Assembly: GCA_977030845.1 (NCBI GenBank)
Contig: OZ365113.1
Span: 17,670,001 to 17,734,000, forward strand
Direction of reading: 5' to 3'
DNA: 64,000 bases
From: Fimbriosthenelais zetlandica
Lineage: Eukaryota
The notes under the pieces were generated by a model. It had not been told where the DNA came from, searched no databases, and worked only from the letters and a program-made list of their open reading frames with translations. Positions 22,001-37,000 of the stretch are shown here, one piece after another (the stretch's first letter is position 1; each line of letters opens with the position of its first letter). The position numbers and the translations under genes were made by a program.

Positions 22001-25000
22001 CGGGAAGATGTATTCCAAAGAGGCAAGGGTCCACACTTGTTATCTGAGTGGGTGGACGTCTGGGATAGGTGGTGCGAGGGGATCACTATAGCAAATTATG
22101 GGAGGAAAATGTCAAAGGCGTGCTCTTTCTCTGGGCAAGCTGTAGGTTAAGTTACTATATGTGGTCTTATTAAAGTGGCGCTACCACCAGCCTCCTCAAA
22201 GCAAAAGGTCATATGACTCTTTTCACCCTCATTTTTGAAGCAGTGCTCTTTTATATAGTTTTGATGTAGAGCCTCCTAACCCTCAAGTTGCTTTAACAAA
22301 CAGGAATATTTGTGTACTGCAGTGTACAATTTCACTTCCATTCCTTAGCATTTCGCCTCCTTTTCCTCTGGGGACCCTCTCAGAGTCTTTGACCTAGAGA
22401 TATGTATATAAAATATTTGGTACTGGTGTGTCAAGTAGGAGTTGGAATTGTCTAAGGAACATTGCAACTACTGCCTGTGAACATGTACAAAGAACTGATC
22501 TGAAAGTTCACCGTTTCATGCAAAGCACGGAAGTTTTGGTGGGATGGATCAGTGTGCTATCCTTTTAGTCCTCCCATAGATCAAGGCATGGCAGAGGCAG
22601 TGGTTATGCTCTGTTAAGTGCACTTAGCCTACTCACTTAATACCAAGTGACAGCCCAAAACACAGCCACAAGGCAATCGACAAATCTAATTCTGCTTTTA
22701 TCCAAATCTAATCTTGCCTTATTGAATAACTTCAGTCACATGAAGCATCTGCCCATTCCATATTCACCTAGCACCCCCTGCTAGGGGTGGGATAGGGTTG
22801 TTTTACTCCAGGTCCCATACCATATTACCTCTTTCCCCCATTTCCCTGAGCCCTCTTCCTGTTGTCACATAGGATATGATAACATGAAAAGCCTCTTTTT
22901 TTAACTTGATGGAACCAGTTTCCTCTGGGCCTGTCGAAAGGAAATAAAGAAATTGCTCGGCATTGCTTCCTATTAAAGAAGTGATATATAGTTGCCACAA
23001 ATAATCAATGCTTCTTATTTTCGGCAGTCACTCCATTTGGAGCATTATGTTCTCCATTCCAGACTTATACTATTGTAGTTAGGAAGTTATAGTTACTTAC
23101 TCATATTACTTATTTACTCCTTTCCTTCTTAGTTAATCTTACTTTCTTTCATAATACTTGCCTCTCTATCACTGTCACAGTGCCCCTATTCCGTCAAACC
23201 TACCCACTCTATTTCCTCGCTTCTCCCCTAGTATTTCCGCTAACTCTTCCTGCTTCTTTTTCTATCGGCCTCCCGCCTGCCTATTATAGTATGTATACAT
23301 TTTGTCCGGTAATATAAAGTGTTCCCATGTTGCTGACCACCTGCTTTCTCTCACTTTCTTAGCTAGTTATTCTCGGTATAAAATCTCTTCACAAAATGCT
23401 CATGAATCACACCTAACAATCCAACTGTCACCTGTCAGTGCTTTTCTACTGAATTCAATTACATTAATAGTGATATGAGCTCCCGAGCTGATGAAAGTTT
23501 AATGCGCTTATCTGCTCCCATATATTTTCACCTTATCGGCCGAATTGCTTTAAATTTGCATGGGTGTTTGGCTGACATTTTGAGAGAGACTTGGTGTGAG
23601 TAGGTGCCTTTAATTAAGGTGCTCAATTCGCCTCACCCACCGAGGCATGAATGACATATCAAGGCTTCAGGGTGATCCAGTAGCATCTCACTGGGTGAGG
23701 CGACTGGATCGCTTTAATAATCGGTCACTCAATGAGGGCTTCTTCAATGTTTTAGAAGACAGCTAAAAGAAAACCCTGAGATAAAAATGGAAAATTGCAA
23801 AAAAGAATTTGAACAAATGAGGTTAATTCGAATCCCCTGAGGCGCGTGTTTTTATTAGCATGCATATTTCATATTCCGGGGTATTGAGTTTCCTGGGTTT
23901 GAGAACTAAAAATGAAGATAAGGGTGTTAAGAAGGGGGTGGGGGATTCGATTTTAATATAAAATTGACGATATTCCCTTGGTATCCCTGCCACTTGATTC
24001 TTTTAACTTTTAAGTCAGCGTGACTGCCGACACAAGTTTATGTACTTTCTGGCTCAGCATGACTGTTGGGAGCCTCAGCAGGTGGTCTTATCAGATAAGG
24101 ATTCTCTCTTGGGTATTCTCCACCTTGGTCCATATCAGATAAGCCTATTGTTATCCCATGAAGCACAGGGAATTGTCAGCACATAGTGGGGTTTCGTAGT
24201 CTACTGATCAAACAATTACAAAATCTTTTCCTTTGCAGATTTGTGTCACTGATACTTAACTTTTATTATGTCTCCTCGGTTTTTAAAGTACCTTGATGTT
24301 ACTCTCCATATATTATTATTTGAATGGAAATATTGCAACATACTGACAGATATATGTGCCTGGATCCTTTTTTAAAATAAACTCATTTGACATGGAGGCG
24401 CCTGGCCTGTGAAGCCTCATCCTCATTTAGGTTAATGATTGGATTAGAAAAAAAACTAATCTGGGAAACGTAAAAATGGCTTCCAGAAATCACCTAGTGT
24501 CAGGACACGTAATGGTCATGGCCTTTCAGAAGTCTTTAAATAATGACAAAATCCTCAATTCCTCTTATTGTGACCGGATTTATGACCAATGAATCCTGTT
24601 AGATGGTTGGACTTTACTGTCAAATATTGAAGTAACGGGAAATTGTCTCCCTATTGCAGACTTTGAGAGAACACTTTCCACAAGGAAATGAAAAGAAGAA
24701 TTCTGCTTGCACGCCAGGCTCAGAAAACAATTTCCTCAATAAAATGATTTTTTTGTTTCAAAGTACACGATCCCTCAAGTCCCTATATGTCAACTCTCGA
24801 GATGTGTACAGGGATTGTGCATTTGCCAAAGCCAAGGGATCTGTACACTGCCCTCCAGGCCTTAGGCACTAAGGGAAGTAAATATTGGATTATTTCATCT
24901 TTGCATTTTGCAACATAAAGTGTCATGACTGTTTTCCTTTATTTGACCCGGTCACCAATAGGTTTTGGATACATACGTACTATATATGCGTTTCTAAGAA

Positions 25001-28000
25001 AAGTGTTATTGATCAAACTTTATTAGTCCATGGGCCCTGGAATGCAAACAAGTTATTTGGGCTCATTTGGTGGTAAAAAGCACTGGGAACATTCAAGGGG
25101 CATTTTTGCATCAGCACCAGTTGCAACTAGATGGAAGTTGGCTGCGGGACTGATGGAGGTGAGCAGGAAAATAATGGATCCCTCAGTTGGTAATTGGGTT
25201 TGGGGATTGGTGATAACAGAGGAACGGATAAGATAGGTCTACAGGTCTACAGTCTTCACAGACCTGTCTATTCACAGGAGCAGTAGTCAGTTACCATGGC
25301 AACATAGGGGCCACACTTAAAGGGCTAGAGCATCAAAGGCTCATATTGCTTTGATTAATCCGTATCAATCACTCATTGGCTTAATCTTCATAAATCTTTT
25401 GACCAGTCTTTATAGACCGCTAGATAATCCCAGGAGGAAACGGTTATAACCTTGTATTTTACGTCCATTTCCCCTTGCTAGATTGGTACGGATATGGTGT
25501 ATGGGGTAGTCGTATAAATACAGATATATAATCTGGATGTGAATGATAGCTTTGTATGTAATAACAATGTCTGGATATTGGAGGAATAAATCTCCCTATC
25601 TCCCCACCTAGTCAGATAACTGTGGCTCCCCTATTGTCATAACATCATGTCACGACATAATTATCCCATGTATTAGGCACATGGGACTGTTGGAGAGTTA
25701 TTTGCTATGTAATATTGGAACATTTATAGAGGTATTCTAGATGGTCCAGCGTGTCTGGACAGCGGCCACCATCCTGTGAGAATGCCAGCTAATACCCTGC
25801 TATTGATTTTTAAGTCACCCTATCTCCCACAATTTCCATTGTCAGGAAACCAATATGTTGTCAGCAAAAAACTCCAGCTGTTTCATATCACGGGATATTT
25901 TCAATTCAGCTGCCCTTGGAAAGTATAATCACTACCATGTTCTGATCCTGAATTGGACATGAACATATCGATAATGATATTAAATGTATGACTATATTCT
26001 TGGATTTTCAATGATGGCCTCTTGGCGGAGAATAAGGAATGAGTTATCCAGAAGTGTCCAAATTATAGGGCTATCCTTGCTGGCCATAACTGCCAAGAAT
26101 CTCCCATCAGCGCCCATCTATTGGTGTTAATGGGACAGTTACCCCCTGATGTACCCTCTACATACCACCTCATATCGTGTAATCCACCCACGCTTTGTTG
26201 TTGAGACGGAGAGTTCATAATTGGCTCCATAGGCATATAATGTACATAATATAGACCTACTTGTGAGGTGTATTGGTGCTCATATGCATTGTTTTGCCCC
26301 TGTGGTTTCTATAATAAATCAGCCCCACGAGGGGAAAAAACAATTACAAGCAGTTGGCCTATACCTTCCGTTCCCTCCGACTTTGTTTTTTCTGTACAAT
26401 GAATTATCAGTAGGCCTATATATTTATAAAATATAAAGCTGGGAGGCTTTTATTCACAAGAGTACAGTTTTTGCCTTCTACTTTCCATTGAGCAAATTGA
26501 TCTTTATGGGAATGTAGGGACTGTGCCCACCTCCTAAGCGAGAGCATCTCCCTTATGTCCTCGGGGATATGACCCCATCTGTATCCCCCTGACCTGTCTC
26601 CGCTTTAGACATCCAGCTACCAAACATTTACTGCGTCTCTCTAGAGTTCGGCCAGGGAACTATATGGCGTATGTACTCTCACTATTAATTGCCTTGTTTG
26701 AGGCACGTCTTCTCTCCTTGATTAAAAGCCTCTGCCTCTTCTACCACAGGTCTACGTGTTTGTCCTTCCCACGCTATGTATTGGCCCGAGGCAATAGTGA
26801 CTTATGTTAACTCTATGAGACACCAGTTACAAAGCAGATAGAATAGGCCCACATATAAGAAGTGACAATGACAGGTCTTTTAGTAACCATGGCTAAATAT
26901 GGGTAACTGTGACAAATAGCTGCACGCTCGATTTATTTGGCGCTGGATTTTACACGTTGAATAAAAAGATTTATTTAGGCGTTATGAAAATATTGCTATT
27001 CGATGGATGTCATCCATATGATTGATTGTTTGGCCAAAATGTAAATATCATTGATAAAGGATGTCAAATTATAAAAGACAAGATAAATGGCAAATGGATA
27101 CTCCCATTTTTCATGTGGTCTGATTTCCCCCAACACATCAGATATACTGGTCATTGATGCACCACTCCTGAGGGGTGGGCTGCTCTTGAATGGATGGCTT
27201 TCTAGTGACTGATTGTTTATTGCTGCGTTCTGAATACCATTATTTAGGATGTCAAATGTTGTTTCACACCGTGAGATATTTCCCATGCAACAGTGTTCTG
27301 CAAAGATAAAATCACAAGGGAAGCCTTCCATGGGCTCTGAAAGGCTGTGTAAGCACACATTGATCATTCTCACTAGTAAAACACTACCTGCAGTGCTCTT
27401 TTAAAGCAGAGTCTCATTACCATCATTTGAAAACCTCTTTATAGTCTTATCGAAGTTTTCTTTATCTTTTCGGCGATTGTAACTTGGGGGATATTTTGTG
27501 AAAAATGATCAGAAGAGAAGACTGTATACCAGAGTGTGCTGGCTGGCCTATCACTATGTGGTACAAGATGGATGTCCAGCTTGGCATATGGGATAAGGCC
27601 TTCCTCCTCCAAGATCCCAATATTTGATCAGAAACAGTAGACGTCGGTAGTAGGGCCAACTTATTGAACGGGAAGACGCTCCATCCCACTCCTGGTATTG
27701 AATTTGTAGCCTATGACACCCTCGTGAAATAAATATACAGAATATGAAGAGTCCGGAATATAAAATGGCCCTTCATCACCTGCTCGATACAATTTCAAGG
27801 TCGGATTCTTTCGCTGGCATCAATTCTTATAAGCTATATACATGAGAATTCCTTTAAACATTGCTGCGGCAATCTGTCATCCCAAATATATTAAAGCTGA
27901 GGGTATCAGACATTGGATATTGATTCTGTGGTTCTTGTTATTCTGGTTTGAAAGTCTGTTTAACCAAATCATTGATAGGCCAGTTAATGTGGATGCCAGA

Positions 28001-31000
28001 GGAGTCGGCCTCCAAGTGAGCGCGTGGGGAAAAAGTCTCATGAGCATAATTGAATTACTCTTTTTAGGCTTTCAAAATTAAGCTCAGCAATTAGGCTTTA
28101 TTAATTACAGTAGATCCTCTTGATGTACCGAGAGGGCTGTCATTATCTTTTTCTCTGCTCTTGGCTGTTCTTTCACACTGTGTCATTGTAAGGTTTTGAA
28201 AACAAAAGAGTGGGAGAAATTAATTTTACTGGCTTTCCCTGATTGATAGAATTACTTGGGCTTCCTGGTGTAGGTATCTGGCTTATTTTATGATCACAAT
28301 ATTTCTTATTTTTCCTAGAAAATAAGCATGGTTTAATTGATACATCCCCAAGTCTCCCGAGTCATTAAAAGATAACTCGATATCTTGTTTTTTAACACGG
28401 AAATAACTATAAGCTGATCCGGGTGATTAGCCAAGCCTAATCCCGAATCCCTAACCACCTGTTATCTCGAAATGTTGCTGGCTTCCCCTCAGCGCTTAAA
28501 CAAACTCTGGCTTCCAGTGTGCCTCCTCCGCCCCAGGGGGCAAGTATTTCCTGCTCGTTTTCACCGGCTTGCTTTAATCTTAGGGAGTGGATATTGAGCT
28601 CTAACTCTAGGCTGCTTAAACAGTCGGTAAGCGAAGAGGGCATCTGAGCTGCTTTTGATTAAAGTCCTTGAGGGCGAAATGTTCCAGACGACAGGATGAT
28701 CAGAATCTACAAAACCCACTCTACAGTATTCCTACTATCCTTACCCCACTCAAGGCTCTATTTTATCTCCGTGATTTATCACAAACGAGGATAGCATTGT
28801 GCTTTCAAGATGCTTTGTCAAATCTCCATCGGGCTTTATTCCTCCATCTGGGTGATTTTTGATCACTTCTGATATTCCCTTCCTTTCGTTCAATCAGTGA
28901 TCTACAATGGGGTTTCTCATACTGTACTGCTATTTCTTGCCAGCTCATTTCATATTGCCCACTCATCGATTGAAAGAAATTGAAGCGGTATTATGCCAGT
29001 GATAAAAACCAATCCCTTGATATGAATGGCATCCTGTTTAAGAAGGAAAAAAGTTACTATCATCGGGGAAATGTAATATAGTAAAAGGCTGCTCTCGTTT
29101 GTTCCAATCGCTGGGGCTTGGTCAAATCGAAGTGGAAGGTGGCAGAGATAGGAGGAATGTGGTTTATCACTGATACCGCCCAAAGGCTTGTTACGACCAA
29201 CTTGATCCCCGGAGATTTCACTCCGGGCCCCGCTCACAAGTCACTGGATTCTAGGCCGGGCTGCTTTGAAAATACTTGGTCCTTGAAGCTGATTTTCCTC
29301 TCAAAAGGTAGATGAATTAGTCAGGAATTTGGTGGGAGCTGATAAATGTTGCCTAGTGATGAAAAGGGTCTGCTTCAATAGCTTGCTGGAAACGCCTTCC
29401 ACTTGTCCAAAGAACTCTCCCAGAACTCCCTCAAGACTAATAGTTCTGCCATGGAATTGGAGTTGATTCTAATGCACAGATCAACCCAAGAGCTGCTGCC
29501 ATGTGTATCTTTCTATGGAACTTGATAGAATTTACCAGATCAATAAAATCTCATTTGGAACATACCCTCCAGAATTAATTGCAACACATTTTGCTATGGA
29601 AAGACATGCACTGCAAATGGGTTGATTGAATTCTAGGACTTTCATTATGTTCGATGGAATTTGCTCTAATGTAAATTCATATACAAAGATGGAGTTGATA
29701 TTGAATATGATATTCTGTGCCACCTTTGGCAATATTAGTTATGTCTCACAGTCTGGCAGGTCTTTGATGTGACTCCTTGAGCACAGCTTGCTACAGAGTA
29801 TAGTATAACCTGTTACCGCTATTTGCCGAAGACCTGCTTGACCTCCACAAGGTCATTACCACTGATGTTGCTGTGTATTCATGGCAGCCAGCCGGTCAAT
29901 ATTCAGGTACCAAGGGATTGAACAGAATCAAGCTCATTTGTTTCGAAATATCTGTCTGGCCTCAATTTTGAATTATCTGAAGATTGGAGGAAGAATACAA
30001 GAAATATGGATGCTTCCCAACATATACCCAACATAATGATATTGATGTACTCTGCTTCCGTATGAATGATAATCAGTGTCCTCTTTATACATCATACCGT
30101 CTATCTAGGCCACATTGAGGAATATCTGCATCAGTAGCACATCATAGCCTTTTGTCCATTGCATTCAGCGAGGGAACCTTGCTCATTTGATCCCGATCTG
30201 TTATTCTGCAATCACTTCATCCCGGCCACACACAGACAGTCACTTGTCCCCGCTCTTCCCCTACCTCCTACCTACTTCCACTCCACTTGAACGCTTCCTA
30301 TAACTAGAGAAAAAGACCCTTACAAAGACGTAAGCCATGTGATGTGGTGCTGACTGCCGAGCACAAAAAGGGCAGAAACAAGGAGGGGAAAATTGCCAAT
30401 CCTACAGCTCAGAGATGCTTCAATGGACCGGGTACTTTGTTAATGCCCTGATAAAGTAGGTCTCTGAGGTGGAGTAGAGTTGGAGAGATCCTCTTTTCTT
30501 CAGAAGAGTTAGAAGAACAAGGGAGCCTCCAACAAATGTCACTTGTAGTAGTTCAAGGACAATGTCTACTATTGAAGAGCAAAGGCTGAGGCTGACTTTG
30601 TAAAGTCATTGTGATAGTCCGGAAATAGATTGTCCTGTATGGTTGTTTATTCAAGGGCTGCCTCAATAGCTTAGCGCAAAATGCAAAAACTATAATGGGA
30701 AAGAGCAGGATATGTCATAAAAAATGGCGCTTAATATATCATTTTGACAATGGTACATAATATAGTTCAATGGTAAATAGAATTAAATTATTTTGCACTG
30801 AGCATTACTTTCTGCCATGACAAAGTGAATACCCTCAGTCCGACTGAATATCCGCTAATGCTGATTGACCTAGAGTTAGATGACTTCTGAGACCTTTAGT
30901 TGATAAAGTTCTGCATGCTCAAAGAAAGCTCAGGGCATTAATGTCTTTCATGGCTTTAAATCCTCCACACATTCAGGTCTATAAGGCTGCCGCTGCACTG

Positions 31001-34000
31001 CTTTTTGCCATTGCCATGTCATATAAATCCTAGCTAAATTGAGCTCCATTTGCCATCGTCAGTACAGGTTATTTCCATCCAGAAAATGTAGGAGCATTTG
31101 AGCCTACAACTGGGAATACCAAATCCACATCTAACCTCCTCTCCTGCTTGACCTTTGACCTGGCATCTGATCTAGTTCCTCCCATCACATACTGTAGTCA
31201 CCCTACCTAATCACTCTCATCACTAGAAACCAATATAAAATATACACTCGGGAGAGCTGGAATGTTGAATATTTAACGCCATGTTTATAAATTGAAAGCT
31301 TTCTATACAAATACTGCATCGATGTCTGCAACCACTTAGTGTTTTTACCCATCACCTTGTAAAATATTCAGCTATTAACTTTGAATGATTCATGTTTTTC
31401 TCGGGTAACTTTGCCTTATTTACGATCAGTTCACTTCGCAAAGTATCCTTTGAAAGGGAAATTGTCCAGGCAGTTTTCTGCGTGAGGTCTGTCGATATTG
31501 ACAGACAGAAGGTAATGAGCAGGATTTTCAACAGGCTCCTCTGCTCGAGCTTCTCCATATTTCAACGAATCGACTCTCTCTGGTAGTGTGGGTGCACGTC
31601 ACCACCATGGTGAAAGAGAAAAAGAGATGTAATGAGCCCACCTTCTATTGTCTTTGCTCCCTCTTGTCGAACGTATTGATGTTCTCTGTATGAGAGTTTC
31701 AAGGCGGGTTTTACGACCTTTCCTGTTACCGGTAGATGTCTGCTTCAGTTTTAGATACTTCAGCATTACATCCATATTTTACATATTGTACACACTATAT
31801 ATCAGACATTGACATTCACATACCCTGTCTAGGGACCGTGTACCCCTGCAGCATACATTAGAGATATGTCCACTGACTACCGAACTATTTATGCAGAAGA
31901 TAATCCACTCATCTCTGCTGCATCACATTAAGACTGGATGTTTTTTCCATCAGTGCCTTTCCAATGACCCCAGATGTTTTACAGCGGGACTATCAGATTT
32001 TCAATTACATTATGCAGTCATGTATGCTGAAATTGTTGCCCTTCTCTATCCCCCATAATATTGAGGCAGCGTTTTTGCCTGACGTTTCGAATTACATGCC
32101 AACAATATTGCAGATTGTAGATAACAGGGGCTATAACTATGACCTTCCCTTGCCTCTCCTTTCATCAGATTTCACAGCCAGCACTTCTGAATTTCCGTAT
32201 CTGTTACTTTCCAATCCCAATTTGAAACCTCTCTTTTGCTTTTCTCGCTTTGTAAGAAAGTCTTCAGTGTTCTTTCTATACAGTTCACCTCTCGGAGATG
32301 GCCTTTCTATACATGTATCTCCTACAGATGTGGATCAGAACCTTTGCTGAGAGGTCATTATACTTCTCGCCCGGTAAGAGGAACTTCTTGCTATCCCTAT
32401 CAGGCATCTATTGACAAGCAAGCCTCCTCAGGACAGACAATCCATTCATTCTATTGGCTCTTTCCCTGCTAGCCCCTCCCAGGGGGGCATACGTGGTGAA
32501 ATCCCCGATTGCTTCCATACACCGCCTTGAGAGCGACAGACTCCTATAGTCCGTGCCAGAAAATGAAGCTGATTCGATTTACAGCCCCCCTCAGGGCCCT
32601 TCCCCCGACTCCTACACCCATCCCCACCCTCAATCCCACCCCCTCGCTTGGTCACCCTTATTTGCTAAGCGAGGAGAGGTTTCATCGACAAATACAAAAG
32701 CCTCAGGGCTATCAAGAGACATGAATGCATCTATGTAGCCATCAATCTTTTTACCCTGATTTCCCGTTGGTATCTAATAGGGAGATGACATGGGGGACAT
32801 GCCTCGAACCTTCAACATTGTCAACAATGTGTCCATTCCTCATATTTCTCTTTTCGCAAATATTTCATGGTTTGCGAGTGGACCTGTTTATCTCTGATGT
32901 TTGTTACTCAGTCATGAGCTCTAATTAAGTTTCAAACAGCATTTGATGAGAAGTATTTAATAAAGCACATAGTGATGCTAATTTACCGTCAAATGAGCAC
33001 AATTCTCGGGACCATTATACGAAAATCAGTTCAGTCAACTCGTTATGAGAAGACTTTTTTTATGGCTCCCAGGGAATTATCTCATGAGGCTAAGACGGAT
33101 TTCGAGGGTAATTATGACAAAGTAGATTCGTCCCATCTCTCTCCCCGCTCGCTGATTCCTTATCTCCTCTTGATTCTCTTCTCTCATCTTTTTTTCGGGG
33201 GGAAGTCCCTTAATTGAGGTATAGTTGCTAAGGTGACAGTACATGGCATTATCTACACAGGCCCGGGAGACTTCATGCCTGTGAACAGCTCCCTTGATTC
33301 CCATTATATACAAATATAAGGTGTAAGCAGACATAAGACTTCCTGGGATGCTGTTCGTATTCCAATTAAAGGTAATTGGGAAAGCTGCATCCAGGGAGAC
33401 GAGAAGGCAAATGCCATAGGAGATTTATATCTGCCATACCATCAGTGTAATGTATTTTATAACCAGACAATATGCAACTTGGACATTCTCTGTATTTTTT
33501 CTTTGTTTTTCAGTGTATGCAGGCGATGTGTAAAGAAGATGGACCATCACTGTCCATGGGTCAATAACTGCGTTGGAGAGAACAACCAGAAATTTTTCAT
33601 GCTCTTTACAGTAAGTTTCCAAATTGTTAATGTCAGTAAGCCTTTAACAAAACCAGTGTAACAACACCAGTGTAACTACTCCCATGTGATCTACGTATAA
33701 TCTGCAGTGTAATTTACATTGTGAATGATTGCCAGTACATTATTAAAACCAATTGAACATTCGTCATTCCAGCTATATATCTGTATCATATCTTGCCATG
33801 CACTCTACATGGCCATACATCACTTCGTTAATTGCATCGGGAGAGATTGGAAAGGTGGGTACATCATTCTTGTTCTTCTATTTAAAATAAGTTATTCTGT
33901 AGAAGGGAACTATGATACTTCACTCTTGCAGTTTAGGCAAGGAATTGTATGAAGACAATGTTTTTGAAGACAAGCATTTTTACAGTAGAAACTGGAATGT

Positions 34001-37000
34001 ATGTTCGTTTCACTTATTTTTTTCTGTGCACTCTGAAATGCTTTAGTACTTTCACTTTAGGATTTATCACCAGACATTGTATTACCATTGTCTTTCAGAC
34101 TGTACATCCTACTCACCTGCAGCAACAACCATATTCCTCATCTTCCTATTGTTTGAAGCGCTTCTATTTGGCATCTTCACCGCCATTATGTTTGGCACTC
34201 AACTGGCTGCCGTATGCAGTGATGAAACGGTAAGGGCATTGATTCTTATTTTTATGTGCATGTGGGAATGAGAGTATAAGTGTATTGTATGTTTGATTAT
34301 TATTCACATAAATATATGACAGGCAAGTATGGTGTTCCCTATTTTCTTACTGAATAGGTAGGTATATCTAGCTGGCCTTTTGAAAGATACTTGTCCCTAC
34401 AGATCCTGTTTCTAGGTGTTTTTGGGGCTCTGGTTTTTTTTTGAACCACTGACATTGCCACGAGATTCTGGACTGTGGTTCCCAACATGGAAACCTAGAA
34501 ATGATCGATTGTGAATACAAATGGGCACGGCCCTTAAGGTTACTTCTCATCGATTTTTGAGCATAAGCAGAAATTACTAACCTTTGATGTTTTTTACAAT
34601 GACTTTGAACTTTCGATTTCTCCTCCAAGCCATATATTTGAACAAATAGTGTTTTTTTAAAGTTTGAAATGCTTCTTCATAACGAGTGTGCTTTGGCGGT
34701 AATTATATCTTCTCTTAATGACAGATATTTTGATCTGTCTGATGAAAACTAAGAAAATAATCACGTCCTTTGTCGACCACAAAGATCCCTGGTCCCAATA
34801 AATAACTTTACCATTTCAAATGTCTTTCAATCCACCCAAAAAATCAAAGAACTAATTAAAGACCAGTCAAGTTGGTCTTTGTGTCGTTTTTAAAGTGTAT
34901 ATGAAATGCAAAGAACGTGTGGAATCACTGGTTCTTGCTAATTAAAGCACTGTTGTTTTTCTTCCCAATAAAGCGCACCACTATTGGGAAAGCTTCCTTC
35001 CATCGATTACCTTGTTTGCTTTGGTTATTAGGCTGTTAGACATGGGAGGAAGCTAGTGGGCAGGAACTCCTCTGTCTCGGGGTTGTTTCCTCTTACAGAC
35101 ATGTCACCTTTTAGGGTGCCAAACAACCTCTGCTAGCGTAGGCAGTGCCAACGCTGTTTTGGAAACTGGTCTTTTTATCTCCAGGCATGCAGTTTTCCTT
35201 TCCATTTGGACTAATTATATGTCGTAACGATGCTGTCCAAGTGGTCATTCAGGCTTTGAAAATTTAATGAGGGTGGTTTTAATATTTTTTTTGTTTCCGT
35301 CTGTGATTCTGACGTCACATCCTCTAGTCGTTAGACACATGTAGTACCAGAAGTCATGCGATGTTGAGTAGCAACGGTCCACTATCTCTCTGAACAAAAA
35401 CCTCGTTAGAGTAGTTACCTATTCTACTCTGTTCTACCTACGTTATCTATCCATTCATTCAAAATCAGATGTGCATGACGCAAGCTCCACAGTTGGTAAA
35501 AAGCTAGGAACGCTAAGTTTCGAACCCCGACTACTCCAGTACATGCGAGTACCTTAATACCCACTGGTCAACCTGAAATTTCTTCGACGTACCCTATATA
35601 TCTGAATTGGGTGCCTGTTTCTAAAATTATAAACGAATCCCTGTGGTAGACATATTCAGTTACAGAAATCATTTGAGGCCATACACGTCTGTCACATGAC
35701 TGAATATTCTACCAGTTTGACCATTTCGTGCTGATTCAGTTGCCTCCTTGGGTTTCATATAAAAGCATTGGTATGAATGCATATATATCTCTGTGGCGAA
35801 GCGACACGATCACCTCTAGCAACACACCTCGTTATGGACAGACTACCAGTCTTTTGGCCTAATGGCATTTTTTTTCCTGAATGGTCAACAGCAATGTATA
35901 CAGTGAACCCGGACACCCAAGTATATTTGCCTGACGATAATGGTTGCTGCCTCACGCGCAGCTCCATTATAATATCATAATGTCACTGTGTAATAGGATG
36001 ACAGCCATGTATGCCTCTGCTGTCCCATCCTCACCCTCTATCCATGAATTATTACCCAGCTTGATGTTGCTCATTTCGCCCTCACAGTGCAATGATCTTG
36101 TGCATGACCCTTTATCCCCCATCCATTAAATCATCGTTTAAAATTGTCAATGCATTATGGTGATGTTAGGCCAAAACGACTTTCAACTGACAACCTCATA
36201 TCACATTAGTACATTTATGGTAAATATTCAGCGAGGGAAAGTTTTTAGGCATAATATTTTTTTTAATCTGTGTTGTATTGTATCGTTATTTTTGAGGCAT
36301 TTTTGTCCCAAGAAGTAACCTTTTGATAATTTGATACTTATGAAGACATTGATGCTGAAATGTAGTACCTGTGTATGTATCATTTTTTTTTTTGAAAAAA
36401 AGCGAAATCGGTAGTTGTCTAACCGAAGCTACATATTATCTGTACAATAGGAGAAAGAAAAATATTTTCCTTCTTCCGAAAGACACCACTCCCCTGAAAA
36501 CTACGATAATATTAGATTTGAAGAACTGGCTTTGCTGACAACCTGCCAAAATGGGGCAGCCATTAGGCCCGCCAAACCAACCAGTCACCTTGCGCATGCC
36601 AAGCATGACACAAATTCAATGCAATTACCACATGACCCAGCTTGACCCATACCCTGGTCTTACTGGGTTGCCAGGCAACTTGTCATTATGCAGCATCCCT
36701 ATATCAACCATTCTCCTGCACTGAATACCTTCCTACAATCTCATTGTCCTGTAATCTGTGCTCCTCTAAGGCTGTAGGTCGTCTTGGGAGAATCATAACA
36801 TGCACTTCCGGCTTTTCTATTGATCTGTTGATAGAATAAATTCCAGCAGACAAGCTGTACTTTGTCTCTTGTTTCATATGTTGTCGAGTCTGACCTTTTC
36901 TTAGAGCCTTTAGGTCTCTTAGTTCACATCACCATACTGTCATTCTCATGTCCCCCTTCCGCTTCTTTTTAATTGCTTTTGCTCAGAATGGATCTTATTT

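Noticed and set aside
28191-28266. GF..WEKLIL...YLGF resembling a DIRS/Gypsy RT segment
   Set aside because: Needs frameshifts and read-through of stops, with no YLDD or other motif at the proper spacing; too weak to call
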